From the NCBI GenBank assembly GCA_963822135.1, contig CAWGGI010000007.1, positions 7,950 through 71,949 on the forward strand: a stretch of DNA of 64,000 nucleotides, read 5' to 3'. This document shows, in pieces, positions 56,285 through 64,000 of the stretch. How positions within the stretch are numbered: the stretch's first letter is position 1; each line of letters opens with the position of its first letter. The stretch comes from an uncultured Actinomycetota bacterium (GTDB lineage Bacteria > Actinomycetota > Thermoleophilia > RBG-16-64-13). Below the pieces are notes generated by a model. That model did no database searches. It was not told the DNA's origin and saw nothing but the letters and a program-made list of their open reading frames with translations. The position numbers and the translations under genes are program-made.

Positions 56285-57484
56285 GTGGAGCCCATCGTCA
56301 TCGTCCACGGCCCCTCCTTGACGTCATATAGTTTCGGTCACGAGCATCCTCTTCAGCCGACTCGCCACGAGCTGACCATGTCGTTGCTGGCGATGCTCGG
56401 ATGGCTCGACGCCCCCGAGCTATCGGTGGAGACGCCACGTCCGGCCACGCTATCCGAGCTTCTTGCGGCCCACTCTCTTCCGTACATACAGGCCGTACAG
56501 ACGGCTCAATCCATAGCTCGAGGCGAGCGGCCACCGGCCGATCTGCGGATCTACGGTCTGGGCATCGAGGACAATCCCCTCTTCCCCTCAATGCACGAGG
56601 CCCCCGCGCTCCTGGCCGGGGCCAGTATCCAGGCGATGCAGGCTGTCCTGGAAGGCCGGGCGGTGCATGCCTACAGCCCGGCGGGCGGGATGCATCACGC
56701 CATGCGCGCGCGGGCGGCAGGCTTCTGCATCTACAACGACATTGTGGTCGCGATCGCGGCAGCTCTTGCTCAGGACCGCCGGGTGGCTTACGTCGATCTG
56801 GACGCCCACCACGGCGACGGTGTTCAGGCCGCCTTCTACGATGACCCTCGGGTGCTCACCGTTTCGGTGCACGAATCCGGGGAGTTCCTCTACCCGGGCA
56901 CCGGAGAAGCCTCGGAGACGGGCATCGGTGAGGGCCGAGGGGCCTGTATCAATGTCCCCCTCCCCCCGCACAGCGGTGACGATTCCATACTCCTGGCCTA
57001 CGACCGGATCGTAGAGCCGGCCCTGGTGGCCTACGCACCCGACATCATCGTCACCCAGACGGGATGCGACACCCATCACGCCGACCCGCTCACCGACCTG
57101 GCCGGCACCATGCGCCTGTACCCCGCTCTAGCAGCCCGAACGCACGCGATCGCGCATCGCATCTGCGCCGGGCGTTGGCTCATCGTCGGTGGCGGCGGCT
57201 ACGACCCGGCCGACGTGACACCTCGAGCCTGGACCGCCTTCATGGGAACTGTCCTTGGCCATCAGGTGGACGGAGTGGTCTTGCCGGCCGGCTGGAGGAT
57301 CGCCTCCGAGGCCAAAGGGGGTCATCCTCCCCTCCACCTGCTCGACGACCCGGAGGCACCGGCGCCGCGGGCTCCTGACCCCAGCTTCGTCGCATCGCTC
57401 GATCGGATCGAGGCCGAGGCGCTCGCGGCCCTGCGCAAGCGCTTCGCCCGGGAGTCGGCGACGAGCATAGAGGGTGCGGACTGA
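56285..57484 (+). CDS. histone-deacetylase-family deacetylase (AcuC / acetoin utilisation type)
   Basis: ..PAGGMHHAMRARAAGFCIYND.., ..DLDAHHGDGVQ.., ..GGGGY... Intact. GTG 56285 inferred as start; the upstream part of the 718-aa ORF is antisense to tilS. Confidence 0.85.
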   Translation: MEPIVIVHGPSLTSYSFGHEHPLQPTRHELTMSLLAMLGWLDAPELSVETPRPATLSELLAAHSLPYIQAVQTAQSIARGERPPADLRIYGLGIEDNPLFPSMHEAPALLAGASIQAMQAVLEGRAVHAYSPAGGMHHAMRARAAGFCIYNDIVVAIAAALAQDRRVAYVDLDAHHGDGVQAAFYDDPRVLTVSVHESGEFLYPGTGEASETGIGEGRGACINVPLPPHSGDDSILLAYDRIVEPALVAYAPDIIVTQTGCDTHHADPLTDLAGTMRLYPALAARTHAIAHRICAGRWLIVGGGGYDPADVTPRAWTAFMGTVLGHQVDGVVLPAGWRIASEAKGGHPPLHLLDDPEAPAPRAPDPSFVASLDRIEAEALAALRKRFARESATSIEGAD

Positions 57485-57535
57485 CATTCCGCAGGACGCC
57501 TTGGCGTCCACTCGCGCAAACGGTCGCCCGCCATC

Positions 57536-57565
57536 TTGCACTCCTCCCGCGCCTTTGCTTATATT
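57536..57565 (+). promoter_or_regulatory. candidate sigma-A promoter for the ferredoxin gene
   Basis: TTGCAC (57536-57541), a spacer, then TGcTTATAT(T) extended -10 ending at 57565. About 30 nt upstream of AAAGGAGG-ATG 57597. Confidence 0.5.
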
Positions 57566-57596
57566 GCAGCGCTCCAAAGTCCCAAAGGAGGAAACC

Positions 57597-57785
57597 ATGG
57601 GTGTGCCCAAAGTCGATCCCGATCTCTGCACGGGATGCGGTATCTGTGAAGATATCTGCCCCGACGTCTTCGAGGTCGCGGACGACGGTCTCTCGCACGT
57701 GATCGACCCGAACGCATGCGAAGATGCCGGCTGCTGCGAAGAAGCCGCCGACGAGTGCCCGGAGGGTGCCATCACTATCGAGTGA
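57597..57785 (+). CDS. small ferredoxin (single Fe-S cluster type)
   Basis: MGVPKVDPDLCTGCGICEDICPDVFEV..., 62 aa. CxxCxxC..CP plus distal Cys residues. AAAGGAGG RBS. Confidence 0.85.
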   Translation: MGVPKVDPDLCTGCGICEDICPDVFEVADDGLSHVIDPNACEDAGCCEEAADECPEGAITIE

Positions 57786-57829
57786 GATTCCGCGGGCCAT
57801 CCGCGGACAACCCTAGGTATTAGAGAACC

Positions 57830-57861
57830 GTAGTCAAGCCGCCTCTGGGCGGCTTGACTAC
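57830..57861 (+). terminator. GC-rich hairpin downstream of the ferredoxin gene
   Basis: gtagtcaagccgcc-tctg-ggcggcttgactac, a perfect 14-bp stem with a 4-nt loop. Preceded by a second 7-bp hairpin tccgcgg-gccat-ccgcgga (57789-57807). No U-tract. Confidence 0.55.
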
Positions 57862-57882
57862 TTAGAGGAAGGGAGGCATACC

Positions 57883-58453
57883 ATGCCGATGTCCCCTGAA
57901 TCCCGGGTCCCGCCCGGGCAGCATCTCGTCGGCAACTTCCCCGTGCTCCATGCCGGCTCGGTCATGCACGTCGAGCCGGGAGACGTGGAAGCTGTCACTG
58001 TCGGGCCTGGTGTCCCCGCAGCTCATAATCGACTACGACACTCTGCTCTCCCTCCCCGCGACCGAGCAGATCTCCGACATCCACTGCGTGACCACGTGGA
58101 GCAAGCTCGACACTCGCTGGAAGGGCGTCCAGGTCGGCCGGCTCCTCGAGCAGGTCGAGATACTGCCGGAGGCCAGGCACGTAGTGATCCACGCCACCGG
58201 GGGGTGGACGACCAATCTCCCGCTCGAGGAGCTCACGCGCGAAGACGTCCTCCTCGCCTACGAGTACGAAGGCCGGCCCCTCTCCGCCGAACACGGCGGA
58301 CCGGTGCGTCTGCTCGTACCCCGGCTCTACTTCTGGAAGAGCGCCAAGTGGCTCCGCGGCATCGAGTTCACATCCGACGAGCGGCTGGGCTACTGGGAGC
58401 GGCTGGGATATCACCGGCTCGGCGATCCCTGGCTGGAGCAGCGCTATTCGTAG
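57883..58453 (+). pseudogene. small cytoplasmic sulfite-oxidase-family molybdopterin-binding protein, one frameshift as sequenced
   Basis: ATG 57883 behind GGGAGG. ..VPPGQHLVGNFPVLHAG.., then after a frame change near 57960-57985 ..WKLSLSGLV..DIHCVTTWSKLDTRWKGVQVGRLL..HGGPVRLLVPRLYFWKSAKWLRGIEF... No signal peptide. Confidence 0.7.
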
Positions 58454-58592
58454 GATCCGGGCGAGGCGCTGCTCGTAGAAGGCGAGAGTAGCGAACCGGC
58501 AGGATACGGGCGGGATACCGTCGAAGAGTTGTGCTCAGGACGAAAGGAGCACGACGATCGACTTCACCGCTCTAGTACGGATCGGGCTGGCT

Positions 58593-60188
58593 GTGTGTAC
58601 GGTTGCGCTTCTGGCGGCGGCCCTCGGCGTCACGATCCGGGCCGGGCGCCATGCCCGGCGCAGGTCTCTTCTGCCCGTGAGCCCGGCGTTGCTGCTCTAT
58701 CCGCTGCTTGCCGGGCTTTCCATCGCGCTCGTCTTCCGTCCCGGCATCGAGGTGGGTTCCTTCCCCGTAGGACAGACCGTGCTGCTTTTCGTCTCGGCAG
58801 CGCTACTTTCTATTGCCCTCTCCCAGGGGAGATCCGACGCATCTGCGGACGCTCAGCTTCTGGACACCCCTACGGTCGATGCCCTCACCCGTGTCGCCAG
58901 CCACAGGGTGTTTCAGGACCGCCTGGCTCACGAATGCGAACGGGCGTACCGCTTCGGCGATACCTTCATGTTGCTGATGCTCGACCTGGACAACTTCCGC
59001 CCGGTGAACGAACGCCACGGACATCGGGTGGGCGACCGAGTGCTCCTCGAGCTGTCCCGTAAGTTCAGGTCGCAGCTGCGCGAGATCGATCTGGTGGCCC
59101 GCTTCGGCGGCGACCAGTTCGCCATGATCCTGCCGCACACCTTCGAGAAGGGCGGCACCGAGGTGGCCGAGCGGCTCCGCCGTGAGATCGCGGCCTGGGT
59201 GTTCCCCTTGTCGGCCGCGGTCGAAGTGCGGCTGACCGTGAGCATCGGCCTGTGCACCTATCCCCAGGACGGGATATCGCCCTCGGAGATGATCGAGGCC
59301 GCCCAGAAGGCCCTGGCCTTCGCCAAAGCGATGGGCGGAAACCAGGTCCAACTCGTCCGAGACACCCAGGGCCCTGAGGTCGCCGGCAACGTCGTGCCTC
59401 TTCCCTACTCGGGCCGGGAGGCCATCGTCCGCAGTCTGGCTGTGGCCGTCGACGTACGCGACGGGTACACACGGGAGCACTCCCGGCTGGTGTCCGAGCT
59501 CTCCGCCGCTATCGCCCGCCGCATCGGCCTGCCTTCCGGCGACGTAGCGAGGATCAGCGTGGGCGCTCTCCTCCATGATGTGGGCAAGATCGGGGTCCCG
59601 GACGCGATCCTCACCAAGGAGGGTGGCCTGACCCCGGAGGAGTGGGACTGCATCCGTGAGCATCCCGATTTGGGTAGGCGCATCCTCGAACAGGCGCCCG
59701 AACTCACCGATGTCATGCCGTTGGTGTTCCATCATCAGGAGCGTTGGGACGGGACCGGATATCCGCAACAGCTGAGCGGAGACGACATCCCACTCGGCGC
59801 CCGTATCATCGCCGCGGCCGACGCCTACCACGCCATCCGCTCCGACCGGCCCTACCGGACGGGCCGCAGTCACCGTGAAGCCATGCGGGAGTTGCGGCGG
59901 TGCAGCGGGGAGCAGTTCGATCCCAGGGTCGTAGAGGCGCTTCTGGCCGTTCTCGACACTGACGCGGAATTGCGCGCGCTCTTGCGCCCGCGGATCACGA
60001 GAACGGGAGCGTCAAGCCTCAGGCGGCGACCGGCGGGGGATCTGCCTCCGGCACGGTCTCCTCCGGCGCGGCTCCCGTCACGAAGCCCGTCGCCGTCAGA
60101 CGCGGGGCTTGACGATCGGCCAGCGGACGCAGGCGGGCCCGGACGCGGCCTGCTGACGCCGGAGGCGCCGGGGCCATCGTCGGTCTAG
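58593..60188 (+). CDS. membrane-anchored GGDEF / HD-GYP tandem-domain c-di-GMP signalling protein
   Basis: Three to four N-terminal TM helices. GGDEF domain with RxxD I-site (REID) five residues before GGDQF. HD-GYP domain (HDVGKIGVPD.. ..HHQERWDGTGYP..). Pro/Arg-rich tail. Start codon uncertain. Confidence 0.85.
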   Translation: MCTVALLAAALGVTIRAGRHARRRSLLPVSPALLLYPLLAGLSIALVFRPGIEVGSFPVGQTVLLFVSAALLSIALSQGRSDASADAQLLDTPTVDALTRVASHRVFQDRLAHECERAYRFGDTFMLLMLDLDNFRPVNERHGHRVGDRVLLELSRKFRSQLREIDLVARFGGDQFAMILPHTFEKGGTEVAERLRREIAAWVFPLSAAVEVRLTVSIGLCTYPQDGISPSEMIEAAQKALAFAKAMGGNQVQLVRDTQGPEVAGNVVPLPYSGREAIVRSLAVAVDVRDGYTREHSRLVSELSAAIARRIGLPSGDVARISVGALLHDVGKIGVPDAILTKEGGLTPEEWDCIREHPDLGRRILEQAPELTDVMPLVFHHQERWDGTGYPQQLSGDDIPLGARIIAAADAYHAIRSDRPYRTGRSHREAMRELRRCSGEQFDPRVVEALLAVLDTDAELRALLRPRITRTGASSLRRRPAGDLPPARSPPARLPSRSPSPSDAGLDDRPADAGGPGRGLLTPEAPGPSSV

Positions 60189-60667
60189 GCGTAGACTATC
60201 AGTCCGTAGATGTGGTAGCAGATGACCAGGCTGAAAACCGCCAGCATGATCAGCGCGGCCTCCAGCCCACTCCGAAAACGCCGGCAGCGCCATGCCAACC
60301 AGCTCGTGAGCAGCACCGCCACCACCTTGAAGAGTCCGGCGTAGAGCGGATCGACCTCAAACAGCGACTTGAGGATCGGGTTGGCCTCTCCTCCGCCGCT
60401 TGCCAGCACATTGAGCGTGAGAAAGAAATCCGCCAGATTGAGAGCGTTGACGACCAAGAGCAGGCCCATAAGCAACCTGGGTCTGTCGCGCAACCCCAGG
60501 AGCGCGCGTTCAAAGGCCACAGACACTCTGCCCTGTTCCGACCTATCTCTGCGGTCGAAGCCGCTGCGTCGTTCGTGCAGCACGAAGCTGAAGCGGCGCC
60601 GACGGCGCTCGGTCCCCTGGCGGTTCTCCAGTTCGGCAGCTTCAGCGGCTTCTGCGGTTTTCTCCAT
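60185..60667 (-). CDS. membrane protein with Arg-rich N-terminus (DUF5658-like)
   Basis: 160 aa. N-terminus ..RQGTERRRRRFSFVLHERRSGFDRRDRSEQGR.., then three TM helices (..LLVVNALNLADFFLT..). The family assignment is from memory of DUF5658 and is not verified. Confidence 0.5.
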   Translation of the reverse strand: MEKTAEAAEAAELENRQGTERRRRRFSFVLHERRSGFDRRDRSEQGRVSVAFERALLGLRDRPRLLMGLLLVVNALNLADFFLTLNVLASGGGEANPILKSLFEVDPLYAGLFKVVAVLLTSWLAWRCRRFRSGLEAALIMLAVFSLVICYHIYGLIVYA

Positions 60668-60675
60668 GACGCTAA

Positions 60676-62007
60676 TTATAGCTGTTTTAGTGGAATGTCA
60701 ATAGCCTCATCCACAGTTGTCTCCGCGCCTTCCTTGGCCCGGCTCAGTCTCTCCCATTCCCGACGCAGGATGGGAGCGGCGACAGCCAGCCCGATCAGTG
60801 AGACCACCCCTGCCACGCTGATGACCCAGCCCGACATATACCCGTAAAGAGCGGGGGCGATCAGGGTACCGATGAGGGCCGCCACCTGCACCGAGCTCTG
60901 CTCGAGGCCCTGGACGCTGCCCAGCCATCGAGGCGGGGCTACCTGGACCAAGAACGCCTGCTTTGCGGGGTACGACCAGGCTATCGCCAGCCCTTCGATG
61001 ATGTTGACCACGAGGAACAACGTGAGGTTGTCGGTGCTGCCGTAGAAGATCCAGGCAAAGGCCGAAATGGCGTATCCGGAGAACATCAGCAGCCAGCGGT
61101 TGTACCGGTCGGCGAGATAACCGCCCACGAAGGCCAGCAGCATGGGTACAGAGAACACGATCCAGGTGAGCCCGATGAACCGCACAGATGCCCCCAGGTG
61201 GCGCAACCACACACTCCACAGCACCTCGAACACACCCATGGCGAAGTGACCGGTCGCGGCCACGATGAGGAAGGCCAGGATGGGTTTGGTCACCAACTGT
61301 CGATACGGGGGGTGCTTCACCTTGACCTCGCGACGCCGGCGGGCATGTTCGGGCTCGCGCAAAACTGCGATCAGCACGATGGCGATAAGGAACGACATGG
61401 CGCTGCCGAACAGGAAGATGGTGTAGAAGGCCCACGTCCCCTCGCCCCCGCCCAAGCTGTAGAGCGGCCAGGCGAGCATGGGTCCGGCCACCAGCCCACC
61501 GAACTGTGCCGTGGTGAGCCAGCCGTACGCCCGACTGCGGTCCTTGTCGGTGCTGAGCTCGGCGACCAGCGCCTGCGCGGCCGGCGAGACCGCGGCCGCA
61601 CCGACCCCTTCGAGAAAGCGGAAGAACACGAACCAACCCGGATGGGTGGTGGAGATGAAGAGCAGCGTGGCTACTCCATAGAGCAGCACGCCACCGATTA
61701 TCAAGGGCTTGCGCCCGATCGTGTCGCTCAGCCGTCCGAAGACGGCCGCGAAGGCGAAGCTACCCACGTAGTACGCCGCGGCGACCACGCCGATGAGCCA
61801 CACGGAGGCATGCGCCTGCTCCTGCAGGAAGACCGGAAGATAGGGCAGTATGGCCCCGAAACCCGACCAGACGACGAAGTTGGCCGCGTATACGATGGCG
61901 AGCTGCACCCACTGGGTCCGCTCGGGTCCCAGCTCAAGGCCGTCTCCGGGCGAAGTCCCACCGGCATCGACGGCAGGGTGGACGCGACTTGTCTCTGAGG
62001 CAGTCAT
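60676..62007 (-). CDS. MFS transporter
   Basis: Intact 443 aa with about 12 TM segments. MFS loop motif ..GRLSDTIGRKP... Confidence 0.8.
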   Translation of the reverse strand: MTASETSRVHPAVDAGGTSPGDGLELGPERTQWVQLAIVYAANFVVWSGFGAILPYLPVFLQEQAHASVWLIGVVAAAYYVGSFAFAAVFGRLSDTIGRKPLIIGGVLLYGVATLLFISTTHPGWFVFFRFLEGVGAAAVSPAAQALVAELSTDKDRSRAYGWLTTAQFGGLVAGPMLAWPLYSLGGGEGTWAFYTIFLFGSAMSFLIAIVLIAVLREPEHARRRREVKVKHPPYRQLVTKPILAFLIVAATGHFAMGVFEVLWSVWLRHLGASVRFIGLTWIVFSVPMLLAFVGGYLADRYNRWLLMFSGYAISAFAWIFYGSTDNLTLFLVVNIIEGLAIAWSYPAKQAFLVQVAPPRWLGSVQGLEQSSVQVAALIGTLIAPALYGYMSGWVISVAGVVSLIGLAVAAPILRREWERLSRAKEGAETTVDEAIDIPLKQL

Positions 62008-62101
62008 ATGGGAACTTTGTCTCTGTCTAGTGATCTGCGCGCACGCGCAGGCCGGCCGGCGGCGCGCCTAGCTAGGCTATCACTTCCCAGGAAAGGCAGA
62101 C

Positions 62102-62959
62102 GTGGAAGGAATAGGTAAGCAGGGGCATCCAGGACGGATCTTCCAGCAGATGACGTCCTACGACAGAGATTCCGCGGTCGAGTCGGAGCCCGACTGGCGC
62201 AGCAAGCCCGATCTCTACAAGTTCTACAGCTACGCACCCGTGTTCGGCCTCCCGTCCCCGGCCTTCGCCCCCGGCGAAGGACCCGGCCCCGACGTGCTCA
62301 CTTGCATCGGGCGTCGCCGCACGGTCCGTTCTTTTGGAGCGATCCCAGTCACCCTTCTCGAACTCTCCCGACTTCTCTGGTCGTCCGGCGGACTGACGGC
62401 ATCCTTCATCACTCCTCAGGGTCAGGACTTCTACCGAGCCGCCCCGACTGCCGGCGCTCTCTACCCCGTCGAGACCTACCTGGTGGTGAACAAGGTCGAT
62501 GGGCTTGAGCCCGGGCTTTATCACTATCGGGTCGCGGGAGCGGACATGCTCGAGAGGCCCATTGCTGAGGGAAGTCACTCGCTGGAGCAGTTGCGTACGG
62601 GAGACCTGCGCGCAGAGATCACCTCGGCTGCACTGGACCAACCGTTATGCGGAAAGGCAGGCGTGGTGTTCGTCTGGACCGCCGTCTTTGCCCGCTCGGA
62701 GTGGAAATACAGGGAACGCTCGTACCGCTACTTCTACCTGGATGCCGGGCACATGGCCGCTCAGCTCTCGCTGGCGGCCGTATCCCAGGGGCTCGGCACG
62801 TGCCAGTTGGGGGCCTTCTACGACGAAGAGCTCAACGCCCTCCTCGGCATCGACGGCAAGACAGAAGGGGCGCTGTACCTCACCGCCGTCGGCCGCCCGA
62901 GCAGACCGTTCCGCGATGGCGGAGTGGACTCGCGGCACACCGCCCGGCCCAAGGAATAG
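62102..62959 (+). CDS. SagB/ThcOx-type dehydrogenase (nitroreductase superfamily)
   Basis: ..RRTVRSF.., ..RAAPTAGALYPVETYLVV.., ..LYHY.., ..WKYRERSYRYFYLDAGHMAAQLSLAA..LG.C.. is typical of the SagB-type dehydrogenase domain. Start at 62102 (GTG) or 62150 (ATG). Confidence 0.75.
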   Translation: MEGIGKQGHPGRIFQQMTSYDRDSAVESEPDWRSKPDLYKFYSYAPVFGLPSPAFAPGEGPGPDVLTCIGRRRTVRSFGAIPVTLLELSRLLWSSGGLTASFITPQGQDFYRAAPTAGALYPVETYLVVNKVDGLEPGLYHYRVAGADMLERPIAEGSHSLEQLRTGDLRAEITSAALDQPLCGKAGVVFVWTAVFARSEWKYRERSYRYFYLDAGHMAAQLSLAAVSQGLGTCQLGAFYDEELNALLGIDGKTEGALYLTAVGRPSRPFRDGGVDSRHTARPKE

Positions 62960-62971
62960 TGGGCAGTTGCC

Positions 62972-63427
62972 CTAGGTGTCGGACGAGCGACGCTTGCTCA
63001 CGTATTCGATCTCGGGGTCGTGCAGATAGCCGATCGCCCGGAAGAACTCGAGCGAGTCGCGGTTGTCTGATTCGATGAGGGCCGCCACGATCTCCAACCC
63101 CAGAGCGTCCAGGCGCGCTTCCAGCTCATGGACGAGCCTGGCCGCAATCCCTCGGCGCTGAAAGGCGGGGGCCACCGCTAGACGGTTGACCCAGCCCTTG
63201 CGTCCGTCGTGCGTCCCCAGCACGACGCCGACCAAGCGGCCGCCCGCTTCGGCCACCAGGAACACGGCCGTTCCCCTTTCCATCTCGACCTTCATCCGGT
63301 CCGGCCGATCGCGGCCCGCGGGTCGAAAAGGCAGGCCTGCCTCGGTCCACAGGGCCACGACCGCGTCGCGGTCCGCAAGACTCATCTCGCGGATGTTCAC
63401 GTCTTCGTCCGCCGTAGAACTCCCCAT
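62972..63427 (-). CDS. GNAT family N-acetyltransferase
   Basis: ..VGVVLGTHDGRKGWVNRLAVAPAFQRRGIAARLV.. acetyl-CoA-binding motif (Q/RxxGxA). ATG 63427 behind GAGGGA preferred over the longer ORF. Confidence 0.8.
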   Translation of the reverse strand: MGSSTADEDVNIREMSLADRDAVVALWTEAGLPFRPAGRDRPDRMKVEMERGTAVFLVAEAGGRLVGVVLGTHDGRKGWVNRLAVAPAFQRRGIAARLVHELEARLDALGLEIVAALIESDNRDSLEFFRAIGYLHDPEIEYVSKRRSSDT

Positions 63428-63701
63428 ACGCACATCCCTCGGATAGCTACCCGATTCATTGTGCGGCAGAGCGTCGGGGTTCGCAAACCCGGAACAACCA
63501 GGGGACCGCATCACGCTCCCACCGCAGGAGGCCTGAGTTGTTGACTTTTCAACGGTCATCTGTTCAGATTCTGCGTTGGGACTACCCTCCGACGGCAATG
63601 AGGAAGGGGCGCCGATGAGGTGACGGGGGCAGGGACTTGTTCCACAAAACAGTGTGCCGCGGTCGCTGATTCACGGCGCACGGGATCATCGGGGGTGTCT
63701 T

Positions 63702-64000
63702 ATGCGGGGAGAGGGTGAGATAGCATTCGCGCGCAAGGCCAGCGGCTTGGTCCGCGGCCTTAGTATGTGGGACGCCTTCGGCGTCGGTTTCATGAACCAG
63801 GGTCTGACGCCAAGCATCTGGGTCATGATCAGCCTGGGTCTCGGGGTCTATCTTGGTGGCAACCTGATCATCGCCACCGTCATCTCTTTGGTTCTGGCCG
63901 GTATCGGCTTTCCCCTCGTCTGGGGGATCCTGGGCGGGTCGATGCCCCGGTCCGGCGGAGAGTACATCTACAACTCCCGGATCATCCATCCGCTGATCGG
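63702..64000 (+). CDS. APC-family amino acid permease, 5' part (continues beyond window)
   Basis: My own translation from ATG 63702 is MRGEGEIAFARKASGLVRGLSMWDAFGVGFMNQGLTPSIWVMISLGLGVYLGGNLIIATVISLVLAGIGFPLVWGILGGSMPRSGGEYIYNSRIIHPLI, open to the window end. ..MPRSGGEY.. is typical of APC permeases. Confidence 0.65.
   Translation, partial: MRGEGEIAFARKASGLVRGLSMWDAFGVGFMNQGLTPSIWVMISLGLGVYLGGNLIIATVISLVLAGIGFPLVWGILGGSMPRSGGEYIYNSRIIHPLI

Noticed and set aside
63428-63701. The 270-nt region upstream of the APC permease. It has the dyad GTTGACTTTTCAAC (63540-63553) overlapping a weak TTGACT-17-TCAGAT promoter, tiny Arg-rich uORFs (MRKGRR*, MR*) and GC hairpins. I considered a riboswitch or leader-peptide attenuator.
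   Set aside because: I could not match it to any riboswitch consensus I know (glycine, lysine, SAM, T-box). The uORFs lack RBSs. The -10 element is poor. It is kept only as a note.

Overview
High-GC bacterial chromosome segment. My spot counts of 60-nt lines give 62-70% GC in the right-hand 45 kb and 50-58% in the left 18.7 kb.

Core region (24.4-56.2 kb, minus strand): a Bacillus-like housekeeping gene order. It runs tilS-hpt-ftsH-folE-folP-folB-folK-nadA-nadB-nadC-coaX-dusB-greA-lysS, then a short insertion, then mcsA-mcsB-clpC-radA-disA-carD-yacL-ispD-ispF-gltX-cysS-rlmB-yacP-sigH. From this I infer a high-GC member of the Bacillota.

Accessory region (1-18.7 kb): lower GC, ending exactly at the 3' end of a tRNA-Thr(UGU). 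It contains:
- an MttB-family / corrinoid-protein / pterin methyltransferase module
- a CUT2-type ABC transporter
- two Zn alcohol dehydrogenases
- a FadH/enoate-reductase-like flavoenzyme
- an XRE-cupin regulator
- an MFS transporter, a cupin, a TIM-barrel isomerase-like protein, a RidA-like protein and a Tat-exported sulfite-oxidase-family protein

Between the two regions lies an intact 1399-aa thioester-containing alpha-2-macroglobulin lipoprotein.

Right end: a deacetylase, a ferredoxin, a second sulfite-oxidase-family protein, a GGDEF/HD-GYP protein, a DUF5658-like protein, an MFS transporter, an orphan SagB-type dehydrogenase, a GNAT and an APC permease (cut by the window edge).

The most striking property is that about 26 of about 60 genes, including essential ones, are interrupted by small indels clustered in four blocks. 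These are mostly single-base and not in homopolymers, plus one 20-bp tandem duplication. Long neighbouring ORFs stay intact. I list such genes as pseudogenes 'as sequenced', but sequencing or consensus error is at least as likely as real decay.

I saw no rRNA, CRISPR array, transposase, integrase or phage genes. I could not identify a clear-cut new multi-gene system; the best candidates for a second look are in the findings. All calls come from manual translation and motif recognition. No searches were run.
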